A stretch of DNA of 57,201 bases. Source: a virus. Lineage: Duplodnaviria; Caudoviricetes. A model generated the notes under the pieces. The model was not told the origin of the DNA. It was given only the letters and a program-made list of their open reading frames with translations, and ran no database searches. Positions within the stretch are counted from its first letter, which is position 1. Every line of letters starts with the position of its first letter. The position numbers and the translations under genes were made by a program. Of the stretch, positions 9,174 to 18,498 are shown in pieces. The DNA lies in IMG/VR virus record IMGVR_UViG_3300021373_000198, positions 1 to 57,201 of that record. The stretch is one strand, 5' to 3'.

Positions 9174-10357
9174 TTCTTCTCGATAGTAAAATTATTGTAC
9201 GCGAACTCAAGACGGTTAACAAACTTGATCATACTACCGTCTTTATGCATAACATATCCTTCAGGACTGGTTACCTTATAACCTTTATCTGTTTGAACAA
9301 ATGTCTTGAAAGTTTCAAGGTGATCTAATTTATCTATAACCATTTGTTTGATAGCCTGCAACTCTTTATAGAGTGCAATCATCGTCTTGAAACTGTATAT
9401 GTTATCTAATAGGTAATTTTCACTCTGATATACCAAGTTTCTTTTCTTTGTAAGAGTAGCAACTGTCTTTATCTTGGACAGTTCCTTTGTCATCTTGGCG
9501 TGGTAGAAGTTTACCAGTTCATTTATTGTCTCATCAACGTTGGAGATTGCCCTCGCATTTTTAATTTCAGAATTAAAGAACTGCTTGAGGGATGAGGATA
9601 TGTGGAGTTTTTTCTCTCCTGAATTGCCAAAATTGTCCACCAACTGATCCAGGAAAGGACCAGCAAGAACACACATGCGCTCAATCTTCTGAACATGGTT
9701 GTCAAATGTACGGAGTTCTGCTGTAGAAAATCCCACTCTGTCCATAGGTGTATCGTTTTTGACGACCAATACGTTACTATTGCCTTCTACTTTTGCACCT
9801 GCCATGGCCTGCATATTTTCTAATGCAGTACCAGTGTAGTGAGTGTGAAATACTACCCCAATTTTAGCAGTGTTTGCAGCTTTGCCAATGGGATGATCAA
9901 CTGGTATACCATATGTAATAGTATTAGGACGGAATGTATACAACTCTTCGCCGTCTACAGTTTCTTTCTTCAAATCTGTGGTGAATAGCAGGTCTCCCTG
10001 CACCACACCCTTGATACCTAGTTGACTAAAATATTTTAGAGCAAACTTTAGTTTCTCTGCTAGATCTCCTTGATACCATTCATCAATACTCTCCTCGGTG
10101 AAGCAGATCTTTGGTTCTGTTTTGTTAAAAACTGACTTTGTTCCTACAAAGAACATCTCTGTCAGCGGTTCTACACCACAAACAACTGAAGGCGCACCAT
10201 CCCACTTGGTCTGCATGAATCCGCTGCTCTCTTGCTTGCCCAGCATCTTGCGAAGTTCTTTCAAGAATGAAACTGCTGCCATACACCCCTCGGTGCCGTA
10301 GTTCAGCATCTCATCTTCCAAGTGTTCTAGGTGTTTGAGTTGTTTAATGTTTGCCAT
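9164..10357 (-). CDS. Conserved phage protein with covalent nucleotidyltransferase (RNA-ligase-like) motifs
   Basis: HLEHLED N-terminus; KWDG, VQGDLL, VVFH, PEGYVM and IKFV occur in the order of ligase motifs I, III, IIIa, IV, V. Recalled as DUF6267-like; not verified. Confidence 0.7.
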   Translation of the reverse strand: MANIKQLKHLEHLEDEMLNYGTEGCMAAVSFLKELRKMLGKQESSGFMQTKWDGAPSVVCGVEPLTEMFFVGTKSVFNKTEPKICFTEESIDEWYQGDLAEKLKFALKYFSQLGIKGVVQGDLLFTTDLKKETVDGEELYTFRPNTITYGIPVDHPIGKAANTAKIGVVFHTHYTGTALENMQAMAGAKVEGNSNVLVVKNDTPMDRVGFSTAELRTFDNHVQKIERMCVLAGPFLDQLVDNFGNSGEKKLHISSSLKQFFNSEIKNARAISNVDETINELVNFYHAKMTKELSKIKTVATLTKKRNLVYQSENYLLDNIYSFKTMIALYKELQAIKQMVIDKLDHLETFKTFVQTDKGYKVTSPEGYVMHKDGSMIKFVNRLEFAYNNFTIEKKWR

Positions 10358-11658
10358 TACGCCAGCAGATAGTTTACCGTTCCTTGACTAGCATCAATGT
10401 TGCTGGTAGATGCCTTTGAACCAGAAAAACTCAAGTTCATCTGTGCAGCTTTACTCATCCTGAAGTACACTTCTCCCTTCAAGAACTTACTATCATCCAA
10501 GTTTGCTTGATAGAAATCCTTTCCAGCGATCAATCTCTTTGCTTCGTTTAGAGATGTGGTATCTTTATTTAATCTGTCTGCTATACCCCTTGATAGAATA
10601 GCGGTCAGTGATTTACCACCCTTTTTGCCGTTGGTGATCAGCACTTGAGCCGATGACTCTGTACCATCACCACCAGACTTGACATACTGCAGTGCCTTGA
10701 GCAGGACAGGAGCATGTTCAGCAGGTTTTCCTGCCTTAAATGCCTTGAAAACATCGTATGGTGTGTTGGTGTCCACGCCTAGGATCTGCTTGACTCCATA
10801 CTGATATACTATCTCCTTTCCCTTGCGTGTGGGGTCGCCACCGACCTCTTCAGCAGCTGTCACAAGGTCTTTCAAAACACAATCGGACAAACTACTCTTG
10901 TATTTTATAGCAACTGGGATGATGTTGGCCCAGACAGATGCCAGAGCACCTCTACCATACTTGGATGAGATAGGAACCTGGGTGCCATCTTCTGCTAAAA
11001 ACAGCGAGTCAACACCCGCAAACTGTGGATCATCAGGTACTAGGAAGCACTTATTATTTTTGGGAAGAATGTTTTGAGATAGGTGTCCCTGTGCTGCGTT
11101 GGACATACCAATATATCCCACCAACATCTCACCAACGTAGGTTCCTAGTTGTTTTTTGATACCATCTACTACTGCTGCAGACCATGTGAAATTATAGTTG
11201 CCATCCAGATTACTCATGAAGTAATCCACAACTTGTTCGGTCACATAGTCAGGCACCGATGGTTCGTTTTCCAGTCCATGTATAACTGATGTAGCAATCT
11301 GTTCTGGTGTAGTAAAACATTTACACTTTACATCAGGTATGCCCAGGATAGAAGGCACAATTTCATTGCTACCTTTTGATATAAGTTTCGTTGCTTCGAT
11401 CTGCATCCTGACATTTGTCTTACCAGGCTTGTCGATGCAGTCGATATGGAGTTCACTACTGTTATTACCCCAACTGATTTGCAGTTTGGTATTGTACTGG
11501 TCGCCGCCGAACACAGTGATAGGTGTTCCGTGCGATAGTTTCACGCCAGAGGCAGTGGTATTTTTTGTTTCAGTTGCCTTACTGTTGGCCTTAACAAAAG
11601 TATCAACGGTCCTACCTTTGAAGTAGTGCTCCCATTTTACTCTACCAGTCTTTGCCAT
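10357..11658 (-). CDS. Hypothetical protein, putative PD-(D/E)xK-like nuclease
   Basis: 433 aa; YVGEMLVG helix then VPDDPQFAGVDSLF...VPISSKYGRGA; GGAGG SD directly upstream. Confidence 0.55.
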   Translation of the reverse strand: MAKTGRVKWEHYFKGRTVDTFVKANSKATETKNTTASGVKLSHGTPITVFGGDQYNTKLQISWGNNSSELHIDCIDKPGKTNVRMQIEATKLISKGSNEIVPSILGIPDVKCKCFTTPEQIATSVIHGLENEPSVPDYVTEQVVDYFMSNLDGNYNFTWSAAVVDGIKKQLGTYVGEMLVGYIGMSNAAQGHLSQNILPKNNKCFLVPDDPQFAGVDSLFLAEDGTQVPISSKYGRGALASVWANIIPVAIKYKSSLSDCVLKDLVTAAEEVGGDPTRKGKEIVYQYGVKQILGVDTNTPYDVFKAFKAGKPAEHAPVLLKALQYVKSGGDGTESSAQVLITNGKKGGKSLTAILSRGIADRLNKDTTSLNEAKRLIAGKDFYQANLDDSKFLKGEVYFRMSKAAQMNLSFSGSKASTSNIDASQGTVNYLLA

Positions 11659-11689
11659 AAAAAAATCCTCCCCTATTATTTAGAGGAGG
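11659..11689 (-). terminator. Terminator-like hairpin containing a late promoter in its loop and the downstream SD in its 3' arm
   Basis: CCTCCTCTA-AATAA-TAGGGGAGG-A-TTTTTTT-ATG; TCTAAATA at 11677-11684. Confidence 0.75.
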
Positions 11690-11695
11690 TATAAA

Positions 11696-11780
11696 CGGAA
11701 GGGGTGGGATTCGAACCCACGGAAGCTTTCACTTCGCTGGCTTTCAAGACCAGAGCCATCAACCACTCGACCACCCTTCC
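11696..11780 (-). tRNA. trnS: tRNA-Ser (anticodon TGA), CCA not encoded
   Basis: Acceptor GGAAGGG/CCCTTCC plus discriminator G; D-loop AGTGG; anticodon arm CTGGT-CTTGAAA-GCCAG; long variable arm; T arm GTGGG-TTCGAAT-CCCAC. Confidence 0.95.
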
Positions 11781-11959
11781 TTGTATTGTAATGCTCCAGA
11801 CAAATCGAAGAGCATTCTATGTTTTTCAGTGAGCACATAATACCCACAAATGTCCTTGCCATTATCTTCCCATCCGTAACCCAGGACACGTTCACCTGTG
11901 ATGTCGTGTTTTCTGTTGCTGTTCAGGTAGTGTCCGTAGCGTTCGTGGAGGTTGATCAT
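11759..11959 (-). CDS. Small hypothetical protein (66 aa)
   Basis: MINLHERYGHYL...GYGWEDNG...GYYVLTE; preceded by extended -10 TGA-TAAAAT; the last 22 nt overlap the tRNA. Confidence 0.6.
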   Translation of the reverse strand: MINLHERYGHYLNSNRKHDITGERVLGYGWEDNGKDICGYYVLTEKHRMLFDLSGALQYKEGWSSG

Positions 11960-11980
11960 GTGGTGGTTGCTGCTGTATAT

Positions 11981-12008
11981 ATTTTATCAGGAAACCACCA
12001 CAAAACAA
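11981..12008 (-). promoter_or_regulatory. Putative sigma70-like extended -10 promoter for the small ORF and tRNA
   Basis: TTGTTT-16 nt-TAAAAT with TGn immediately before the -10. Confidence 0.45.
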
Positions 12009-12025
12009 GGTCTTTTAATTATTTT

Positions 12026-12430
12026 TTAACGATCGTCTGCTGCTCGATTCTCGGAGTAGTAGATGTCGAAAGACCCACCAGGGTAACGCTTCTCAAGTTT
12101 CTTGACATTGGTTGCAAGCACTTCCTCAAAAGAAATGCCAAGCGCCTGGGTAGCTTGTGCTACGTACCACATAAGATCACCCAACTCAATAATAAGATGT
12201 TCTCGGTTATCGTCGTTCCAAGGCTTACCTTGGAAGACCATCTTCTTAATGATCTCAAGGAACTCACCACCTTCAGCATTAATACCAACACCAGCAGTGA
12301 GAAGTCGTTCAATATTGGCACCTTTAGAATCAAGTTCGACAAGGCGATCAGAAAGCGCAACAAAATCAGTAGAAGCGTCGGAGGTAACTGCATCTACAAA
12401 CTCTTCGTAGCGAGAGAAATTAATGGTCAT
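12026..12430 (-). CDS. mazG: MazG-like nucleoside triphosphate pyrophosphohydrolase
   Basis: AEGGEFLEIIKK...ELGDLMWY...NVKKLEKRYP; typical cyanophage position after g41. Confidence 0.92.
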   Translation of the reverse strand: MTINFSRYEEFVDAVTSDASTDFVALSDRLVELDSKGANIERLLTAGVGINAEGGEFLEIIKKMVFQGKPWNDDNREHLIIELGDLMWYVAQATQALGISFEEVLATNVKKLEKRYPGGSFDIYYSENRAADDR

Positions 12431-13818
12431 ATAACGAATTGGGAAAATTTATCGAGTCGTGATTGTTTAGTTGAGATCTCCTCAAGTGCTTCGTAGGTTT
12501 CATCTTCTGGTTCAGAAGTTAGGTCGCCTTCGGAGTCATCAACATTATACAGCTTCATCTTCGCCCTGTCAATACCCACAGTGAAGCGTCTGTAATAGGC
12601 AGCATCGTTGTATCGGTTCTTGAGCTGCTTGATCATAATGCGACCAGACTGCTCTAGCTCTTCCGTTGATATAAGAGCAAGCATAAGGTCAGCAGTAGCA
12701 GGCAAACCAAAACTTTCAGAAGTGTCAGTAAGGTCCACATCACTATTGCCATATCCACTACGAGTAGTTTGGGTAGCAGTAACAATAGGAAGATCATGCT
12801 CAACAGCAAGACCACGAAGTTCTTCAGCGATTGCCTTGACATAAGTATAGGAGTTCACAATGTGTCCTTTATATCGAGATGAAGCACAGATATTCAGATA
12901 GTCAACAAAAATAATGTTGGGTCTGAAGTCTTTTTTGAGAGAAAGATCATTCAAAAGAGATTTGAAGTGACCTGTGTGTGCTGCAGCAGTAGGATACTCT
13001 TTGATGATCAGCTTACCTTGAGACTTCCTACCAATCTCATTGACACGGTTCTTGAAGATGTCTTCAGGAATAGAACCAATCTCCTGAATGTTGACATTGA
13101 GAAGGTTAGCGTCAATACGTTCAGCAATCTTTTCTTCTGCCATCTCCATTGTGATATACAGCACATTATACCCAATGGATAGGCATGAAGCTGCCATGTG
13201 ACACATGAACAAAGACTTACCAACACCTGTACCAGCAAGAGCAACATTGAGTGTCTTGTTAGGTAGACCACCTTTGGTTACCAGATTCAGTTTGTCAATA
13301 TCAAACGGGATCTTGTGCTCCTCAAGGTGATAATAGTCGTAGCGTTCTGCTACATTTTGTACGTAGTCGTGTCCGATGTGTTCGTTGAAAGATACTGCCA
13401 GGGCCTCTTGGAGTATGCCTGGTATCGCGTCCTTTGATACTTCCTTATCGCCTCCTTCTGCGATCTTGATAGACCGTAAGATGGCGTTGTAGACTGCTCG
13501 TTCTTGGCACCATTTTTCTGTGGCGTCAGTGAGCCACTTGGTGTCAACCCATTCGTCTGTGAAGGCGTTGATCTGTTGAACAGACGTTTGATAAGTTTCT
13601 TCAGTGAGGTCATTTCTCTGTTGCAATTGTAAGATTAGCACTTCCTTTGTAGGGAACTTATCATATTTCCCAGCAAAGTCTTGAATCTCATCAAAGATAA
13701 CCTGTTGATGCTGGTCCTGAAAGTATTCTTTCTTTAGGAAGGGAACTACCTTACGAAAGTAGTCTTCACTGCATATCAGATTTCTTAAGATGGTTTGCTC
13801 AAGACTCTCCGTCATCAT
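12427..13818 (-). CDS. gp41: Replicative DNA helicase
   Basis: LAGTGVGKS Walker [41 protein letters not shown]. Confidence 0.96.
   Translation of the reverse strand: MMTESLEQTILRNLICSEDYFRKVVPFLKKEYFQDQHQQVIFDEIQDFAGKYDKFPTKEVLILQLQQRNDLTEETYQTSVQQINAFTDEWVDTKWLTDATEKWCQERAVYNAILRSIKIAEGGDKEVSKDAIPGILQEALAVSFNEHIGHDYVQNVAERYDYYHLEEHKIPFDIDKLNLVTKGGLPNKTLNVALAGTGVGKSLFMCHMAASCLSIGYNVLYITMEMAEEKIAERIDANLLNVNIQEIGSIPEDIFKNRVNEIGRKSQGKLIIKEYPTAAAHTGHFKSLLNDLSLKKDFRPNIIFVDYLNICASSRYKGHIVNSYTYVKAIAEELRGLAVEHDLPIVTATQTTRSGYGNSDVDLTDTSESFGLPATADLMLALISTEELEQSGRIMIKQLKNRYNDAAYYRRFTVGIDRAKMKLYNVDDSEGDLTSEPEDETYEALEEISTKQSRLDKFSQFVI
12544..12572 (-). promoter_or_regulatory. Consensus sigma70 promoter inside g41, upstream of mazG
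   Basis: TTGACA-17 nt-TATAAT, exact consensus. Confidence 0.7.
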
Positions 13819-14830
13819 CTGCTCCGTACAAAAATTCGCGTTGTGCTTGTTTATCTAGTTTGGCAAGAATCTCTTCAGTAAAGTATGTCTCGGGGTCCTT
13901 TAGGATTGCCTTTGCATACACTTTCTTGCCGTCAATCTCGTAGCGACCAGCAGTGTTTTTCCACAGTCCTGCTCGCTCTCCTAATTCAAGGAGTCCATAG
14001 TGTCTCTCAAGTCCACGCTCATCAAAGAACAGACGTGTCTCAATTTTTGATCCCTCTCGTGTCAGACGAGACTTTTTAGCCTCGCATTTGACAATGTTTC
14101 CGACGAGATCCGTTCCATCTTTTTCCTTTCTCTTTCCGAGATATACGATTGTGCTAGCAGAATACTTGAGTCCACTGCCTCCCCCCATTTCTTTTGTAGG
14201 GACATAAGAACCGACGACATCATAGGTGTGATTGGTAACTAACATAGGTATATTAGCCTTACCAAGTTTCAAAGTAAGGATTCTGAAACAAGACTTGATA
14301 AGTTGTGCCTTGGTCATGTCGCGAACGTTCTTGTCGTTCGACGCATCCTCAACCTCTTTGTTGGTGGCTAGCATACCAAGAGAGTCTAGCACAAACATCA
14401 GTGGTTTGCGATCCTCTTTCGGTTGTTCTACATATTTGTCGATGATCCTGACTGCCTGGGTCCTGAACTCTTCCACTGTATTTACGGGAAAGATTACCAT
14501 GCGCTTGGAGTCGATGCCACGACTCTCAATCATCTGCTTACTAATGGCAGACTCGGTTTCAAAATATAATACGCCAGCATCAGGATCAAGATCAAGGAAA
14601 TTACGAACGACAGAAAGACAAAAGAAAGTCTTTCCTGTGCCGCTCTCTCCTGCCAAAGCCGTAATCTTATTTGAGGGAATACCCCCAAACAGGCTTCCAG
14701 AAACCAGGGCATTAAAGATGTAACTACCAGTATCAACGAAACTTTCAACGTCACCAGCAGCAATACCATCAGATGCAAGAGAAGCAAACTCATTTTTGCT
14801 ATCCTTAATTACTTGCGATAGAAAATCCAT
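13799..14830 (-). CDS. uvsX: RecA-like recombinase
   Basis: [26 protein letters not shown]. Confidence 0.95.
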   Translation of the reverse strand: MDFLSQVIKDSKNEFASLASDGIAAGDVESFVDTGSYIFNALVSGSLFGGIPSNKITALAGESGTGKTFFCLSVVRNFLDLDPDAGVLYFETESAISKQMIESRGIDSKRMVIFPVNTVEEFRTQAVRIIDKYVEQPKEDRKPLMFVLDSLGMLATNKEVEDASNDKNVRDMTKAQLIKSCFRILTLKLGKANIPMLVTNHTYDVVGSYVPTKEMGGGSGLKYSASTIVYLGKRKEKDGTDLVGNIVKCEAKKSRLTREGSKIETRLFFDERGLERHYGLLELGERAGLWKNTAGRYEIDGKKVYAKAILKDPETYFTEEILAKLDKQAQREFLYGADDDGES

Positions 14831-14831
14831 A

Positions 14832-17324
14832 TTAAAAGAATGATAGAAGTGATACTGTTTTCTTACTGCTCCAACCGATACAGTTTAACACATTCTTGAG
14901 AGGTTCATAGAACGACTTGTCGAACTGCAAGTTGTAATCAATGTATTTTTCTACATTGAACTCGGTAGGGATGCGCCCCATGAATGAGATTACATTCTCA
15001 CCAATGGGATTTGGTTCTTTCAAGTACAAGAACTTGATCTTTTCACCTTCCTGTATTTTAGCATACTTATGCTCTACCTTATGCTTTTTCACATAATGAT
15101 TATAGAGCAAGGCACCACGAACATGGATAGGAGTTCCCTTGTTATAGATGTCAGTGTGACTACGATACTTGTCCAGATTGTTGACACCACGAGGGAAAGC
15201 AATGTCTGCATACTCTTGCTTGCGAGTGTCAGTCTTTACCTTGTCGATGTACTCAAGAACATCATCATTAGAACCATTGATGATAATCTTGTATGCCTCT
15301 TTGAGTTTGTTGCGGAAGAATGCAGGAGTGGATGAACGTGCCGTCTCCATGCCACAGATTTTCATCTTGGCTTCGGAGTAACGAACACCCTCGCTGTCCC
15401 AGACGTTGAGGATATAGCGTTTCTTGGCAGTCCAGATGCCCTTGGAAGCAATGTTCTCCCGCTTCATCTTCATCTTCTGTTCGTATGCCCGAACATAAGT
15501 GGCGAGCTCTTGGTAAGAACTTTCAATAAACTTTTCAAATTCCACCTGACACACCTTGTCAAGGAACCCAACAATGATTTCATCATTTGTCTCTCGTCCC
15601 TTGAATACAGCCTCGACCAAAGGACCGAGGTTAAGATACATAGAATCGGTATCGCAAGCAATAACGTAATCAACATCATTAGTCTTCAGAATCTTGTTTA
15701 GATATGCATTGGTTTTATTACTGATCCAACGGATAGACAACTGACCTGACGTTGTAATCGCTTCTGCAATCTCCAGACGGTAGTATCGGAAGTGTTCGTT
15801 ACCGATAGCACCATAAGCGGAGTTGAGTTGGATCTTCCTTGCCATCTGAATGTTGTTGCAGCGAGAGATTTCTTTCTGCAACTCGACGGTAGGAGTATTC
15901 TCATACTGCTGCTTGGCAGCAAGCATCTTCTTCTTGTAGATGGTACGTTCTTGGTAGATTTTGTCCATCAATTCAGGCAAGAAACCGTGGAATGTGGTGT
16001 CGTAATATGTGCCATTAGCACATACAGTCTTGCCATCGAGATCACTCAAATCAATCTCTTGATTCAGGAGTCTTTCGACGTTAGCCGAAGGGTGCTTAAC
16101 TGGTAACAACGTCTCTGGCGAGAGGTTGTACTGCATAATGAGGTGAGGGTATAGGGAGTTGAGGTCAAAACTGACCACCCAGTCATAAATCCCTGGAATA
16201 GGTTCTTTGACATACGCACCAGCATATTTGTTGTCCTTTGTGCTTTGATGTTTAGGAGGAATAGCAATGTTGCGACGTGCAAGATACACGTAGATGATGT
16301 TATCCCACATGCGGACCTGTGAATACACGTCCTCAAAGTTTACCTTGGCATCATACGCCATGGTAATGGCAAGTTCAAGTAGCTTCATCTTGTCATCCAA
16401 CCTGTCCACCAGGCGAACGTCAATGATGTTATACTCTACAAACTTCTGCCAGTCATTATCATAGAACTCTTTGAAGGTATCATACTCACTGTGATCCAGT
16501 TTGTTCTGTCCTAGTTCCACAAAGGCAATGTGATCAAGACGATATGATTCCTGGTTGGTGTAAGTAAATTTACGATACAACTCAAGGTAATCAAGAGTAG
16601 CCACGCCAGTAATGTCATAGGCAATGTTCTTCCTGCCTTTGATGTAGACTTCCCTGCAGAAAATATTCTTCCACGGAGATAGAAGTCTCGCCTCCTTCTC
16701 TCCTAGGATACGTTCAATGCGACGGACGATATACGGAATATCGAACAACTGCACGTTCCATCCAGTGATAACGTCAGGGCAGTTGCCAGACCACCAGTGG
16801 AGGAATGCTTTGAGCATACCTTCCTCTGTCTGGAAGTGCATGTAATGAACATCCTTCTCGGTGTTCTTGAATGGACGTGTACCGAAGACAGAGATCTTAC
16901 CAGTGTGGGAGTCTTTCAGCGAGATCAACAGGATCTCCTGGTCAGCCGACTCAATATCAGGGAATCCGTTCTCGGCACCTGTCTCAATATCAACAGTGAA
17001 GACACGAATCTGATTGATATCGTACTTCATCTCCTCTTCAGGATACTGATCAAAGATATATTGATTCAAGAAGCGTGTCTGTCCGCAGATCTCAAAGTCA
17101 GAGATCTCTTTGTGTTCTTCAATGAATTGCTTGGCATCTTTGATAGTGCCTTGCTGCACAGGGCGAACGTACTTACCGTCCAGTGTCTTCCAATCTGTAG
17201 GTTTGAGAGATGGTAGATAGAGAGTAGGGTTGAACTTTACCTTATCTTCAAATGCTCTACCATCTTGATATCCTCTTACAAAAATGTTGTTTCCAGATTG
17301 TTCGACACTGGTGTAAAACTTCAT
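14832..17324 (-). CDS. gp43: Family B DNA polymerase
   Basis: Exonuclease [18 protein letters not shown]; polymerase [28 protein letters not shown]. Confidence 0.97.
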   Translation of the reverse strand: MKFYTSVEQSGNNIFVRGYQDGRAFEDKVKFNPTLYLPSLKPTDWKTLDGKYVRPVQQGTIKDAKQFIEEHKEISDFEICGQTRFLNQYIFDQYPEEEMKYDINQIRVFTVDIETGAENGFPDIESADQEILLISLKDSHTGKISVFGTRPFKNTEKDVHYMHFQTEEGMLKAFLHWWSGNCPDVITGWNVQLFDIPYIVRRIERILGEKEARLLSPWKNIFCREVYIKGRKNIAYDITGVATLDYLELYRKFTYTNQESYRLDHIAFVELGQNKLDHSEYDTFKEFYDNDWQKFVEYNIIDVRLVDRLDDKMKLLELAITMAYDAKVNFEDVYSQVRMWDNIIYVYLARRNIAIPPKHQSTKDNKYAGAYVKEPIPGIYDWVVSFDLNSLYPHLIMQYNLSPETLLPVKHPSANVERLLNQEIDLSDLDGKTVCANGTYYDTTFHGFLPELMDKIYQERTIYKKKMLAAKQQYENTPTVELQKEISRCNNIQMARKIQLNSAYGAIGNEHFRYYRLEIAEAITTSGQLSIRWISNKTNAYLNKILKTNDVDYVIACDTDSMYLNLGPLVEAVFKGRETNDEIIVGFLDKVCQVEFEKFIESSYQELATYVRAYEQKMKMKRENIASKGIWTAKKRYILNVWDSEGVRYSEAKMKICGMETARSSTPAFFRNKLKEAYKIIINGSNDDVLEYIDKVKTDTRKQEYADIAFPRGVNNLDKYRSHTDIYNKGTPIHVRGALLYNHYVKKHKVEHKYAKIQEGEKIKFLYLKEPNPIGENVISFMGRIPTEFNVEKYIDYNLQFDKSFYEPLKNVLNCIGWSSKKTVSLLSFF

Positions 17325-17578
17325 TCGTCCTCTTTGTCTTTCAGATCATAATATAATGATGCGAACATAGCAGATGGTTCGCAAATGAGAGTGATGTCCG
17401 ATGAACGAACAGCAAGCTCTCGGTCGTCACTGAACTCGGGGAAGGGCACTGCTCCATCCCCGCTCACTTCACATGGGTATTTTAGCACACAGTCGGGGTC
17501 TCCGAACTCTACACCAGGAATCTCTTCAACCTCTGCGACGATCCAATGACCGTCAAACTTGAGCAGTTTCAGCATCAT
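17321..17578 (-). CDS. Small hypothetical protein (possible Sm-like fold)
   Basis: 85 aa; LLKFDGHWIVAEVEE...CVLKYP resembles the upstream neighbour; ATGA overlap with g43. Confidence 0.7.
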   Translation of the reverse strand: MMLKLLKFDGHWIVAEVEEIPGVEFGDPDCVLKYPCEVSGDGAVPFPEFSDDRELAVRSSDITLICEPSAMFASLYYDLKDKEDE

Positions 17579-17951
17579 TAGGAACGAAACCAGTGTCAGC
17601 AGCAGGTGCTTGAGTTACTTCAGTGCGAGTAGCAGCTGCTTCTGCTGCTTGAGCCTGTGCAACAGTGTTGTTATAGGCTTCAATCAATCCAGGATCAGGA
17701 GCACCGATGGAGATAAGTGTAGAGAATGCCACTTTAAATTCAGTATCAGTGGAGTATGGCAGCCACTTGCTAAAACGAACCTGAACTTCTTGGGAGGAAG
17801 GATCACCAACAGTCTTCTCTACACTCAAGATGTAAGGTCTAATCATGACCAGGCATACAGGTTTGCCCTCTGGGTCATTGTTCTCACGCATTTCCTGGAG
17901 ATCAGTAATAACACGTTCTCCTGTTTGGAGCACAACAATAGATGTAGCCAT
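17553..17951 (-). CDS. Hypothetical protein (possible Sm-like fold)
   Basis: 132 aa; IVVLQTGERVITDL...LVMIRPY...FSKWLPYS pattern common in small marine T4-like phage proteins. Confidence 0.75.
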   Translation of the reverse strand: MATSIVVLQTGERVITDLQEMRENNDPEGKPVCLVMIRPYILSVEKTVGDPSSQEVQVRFSKWLPYSTDTEFKVAFSTLISIGAPDPGLIEAYNNTVAQAQAAEAAATRTEVTQAPAADTGFVPNDAETAQV

Positions 17952-17975
17952 AGTTTATACGAAATGGATAATAGT

Positions 17976-18004
17976 ATGATAACACAGAAAAAGAGGGGTG
18001 TCAA
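17976..18004 (-). promoter_or_regulatory. Sigma70-like promoter heading the g43-uvsX-g41 block
   Basis: TTGACA-17 nt-TATCAT, embedded in the terminator hairpin. Confidence 0.7.
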
Positions 18005-18028
18005 CTGGATTTGGCCAGTTACCCCTCT
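17988..18028 (-). terminator. Rho-independent terminator downstream of hsp20
   Basis: AGAGGGGT-AACTGG-CCAAAT-CCAGTT-GAC-ACCCCTCT followed by TTTT. Confidence 0.75.
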
Positions 18029-18060
18029 GTCTGCGCCGACGATATTTGGGTCGCAGTTAT

Positions 18061-18498
18061 TTATTCTAACAGCAATTCCTTTGCTGTGTCTGCAATAGAA
18101 TATGTCACCTTCTTCTGATGATCGGGAATAATTTTCTTCAGCGAAATACGCAATAAACCGTCCGCAAATGCTACATCAGACACACGCAGATCATCAGATA
18201 GTTGCCATGTATTTAAGAAAGATCTCTTTGATAATCCTTTGTGGAGATACTCGACATTAGGATCTGTTTTCGTATCTTTGCTGGCAACTCGGAGAATGTT
18301 TGATTCAGTAGATACTTCGATCTCATCTTTTTTAAATCCCGCCAAAGCGATTTCAATTTCGTAATTAGCGGTGTCATGCTTGATTAAATTATAGGGAGGA
18401 TAGTTTTTATTATGACTCGTCATCGATTCGAGTCTGTGGAAAACATCATCCAATCCCACATAGAAGGGAGAGTAAACGTCCCAAGCGTATTTATTCAT
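18061..18498 (-). CDS. hsp20: Small heat shock protein (Hsp20/IbpA family)
   Basis: NYPPYNLIK, EIALAGF, YLHKGLSKRSF, ADGLLRI. Start re-assigned to ATG 18498 with AAGGAG SD. Confidence 0.93.
   Translation of the reverse strand: MNKYAWDVYSPFYVGLDDVFHRLESMTSHNKNYPPYNLIKHDTANYEIEIALAGFKKDEIEVSTESNILRVASKDTKTDPNVEYLHKGLSKRSFLNTWQLSDDLRVSDVAFADGLLRISLKKIIPDHQKKVTYSIADTAKELLLE

Noticed and set aside
11680-11895. 71-aa minus-strand ORF across the tRNA
   Set aside because: Spans the whole tRNA in an alternative frame; not credible as a gene.
11819-12496. 225-aa + strand ORF and the other + strand ORFs (e.g. 7434..8033, 17559..18098, 24726..25340, 25514..26098)
   Set aside because: They lie antisense to well-supported genes and show no motifs or RBS; they are shadow ORFs.
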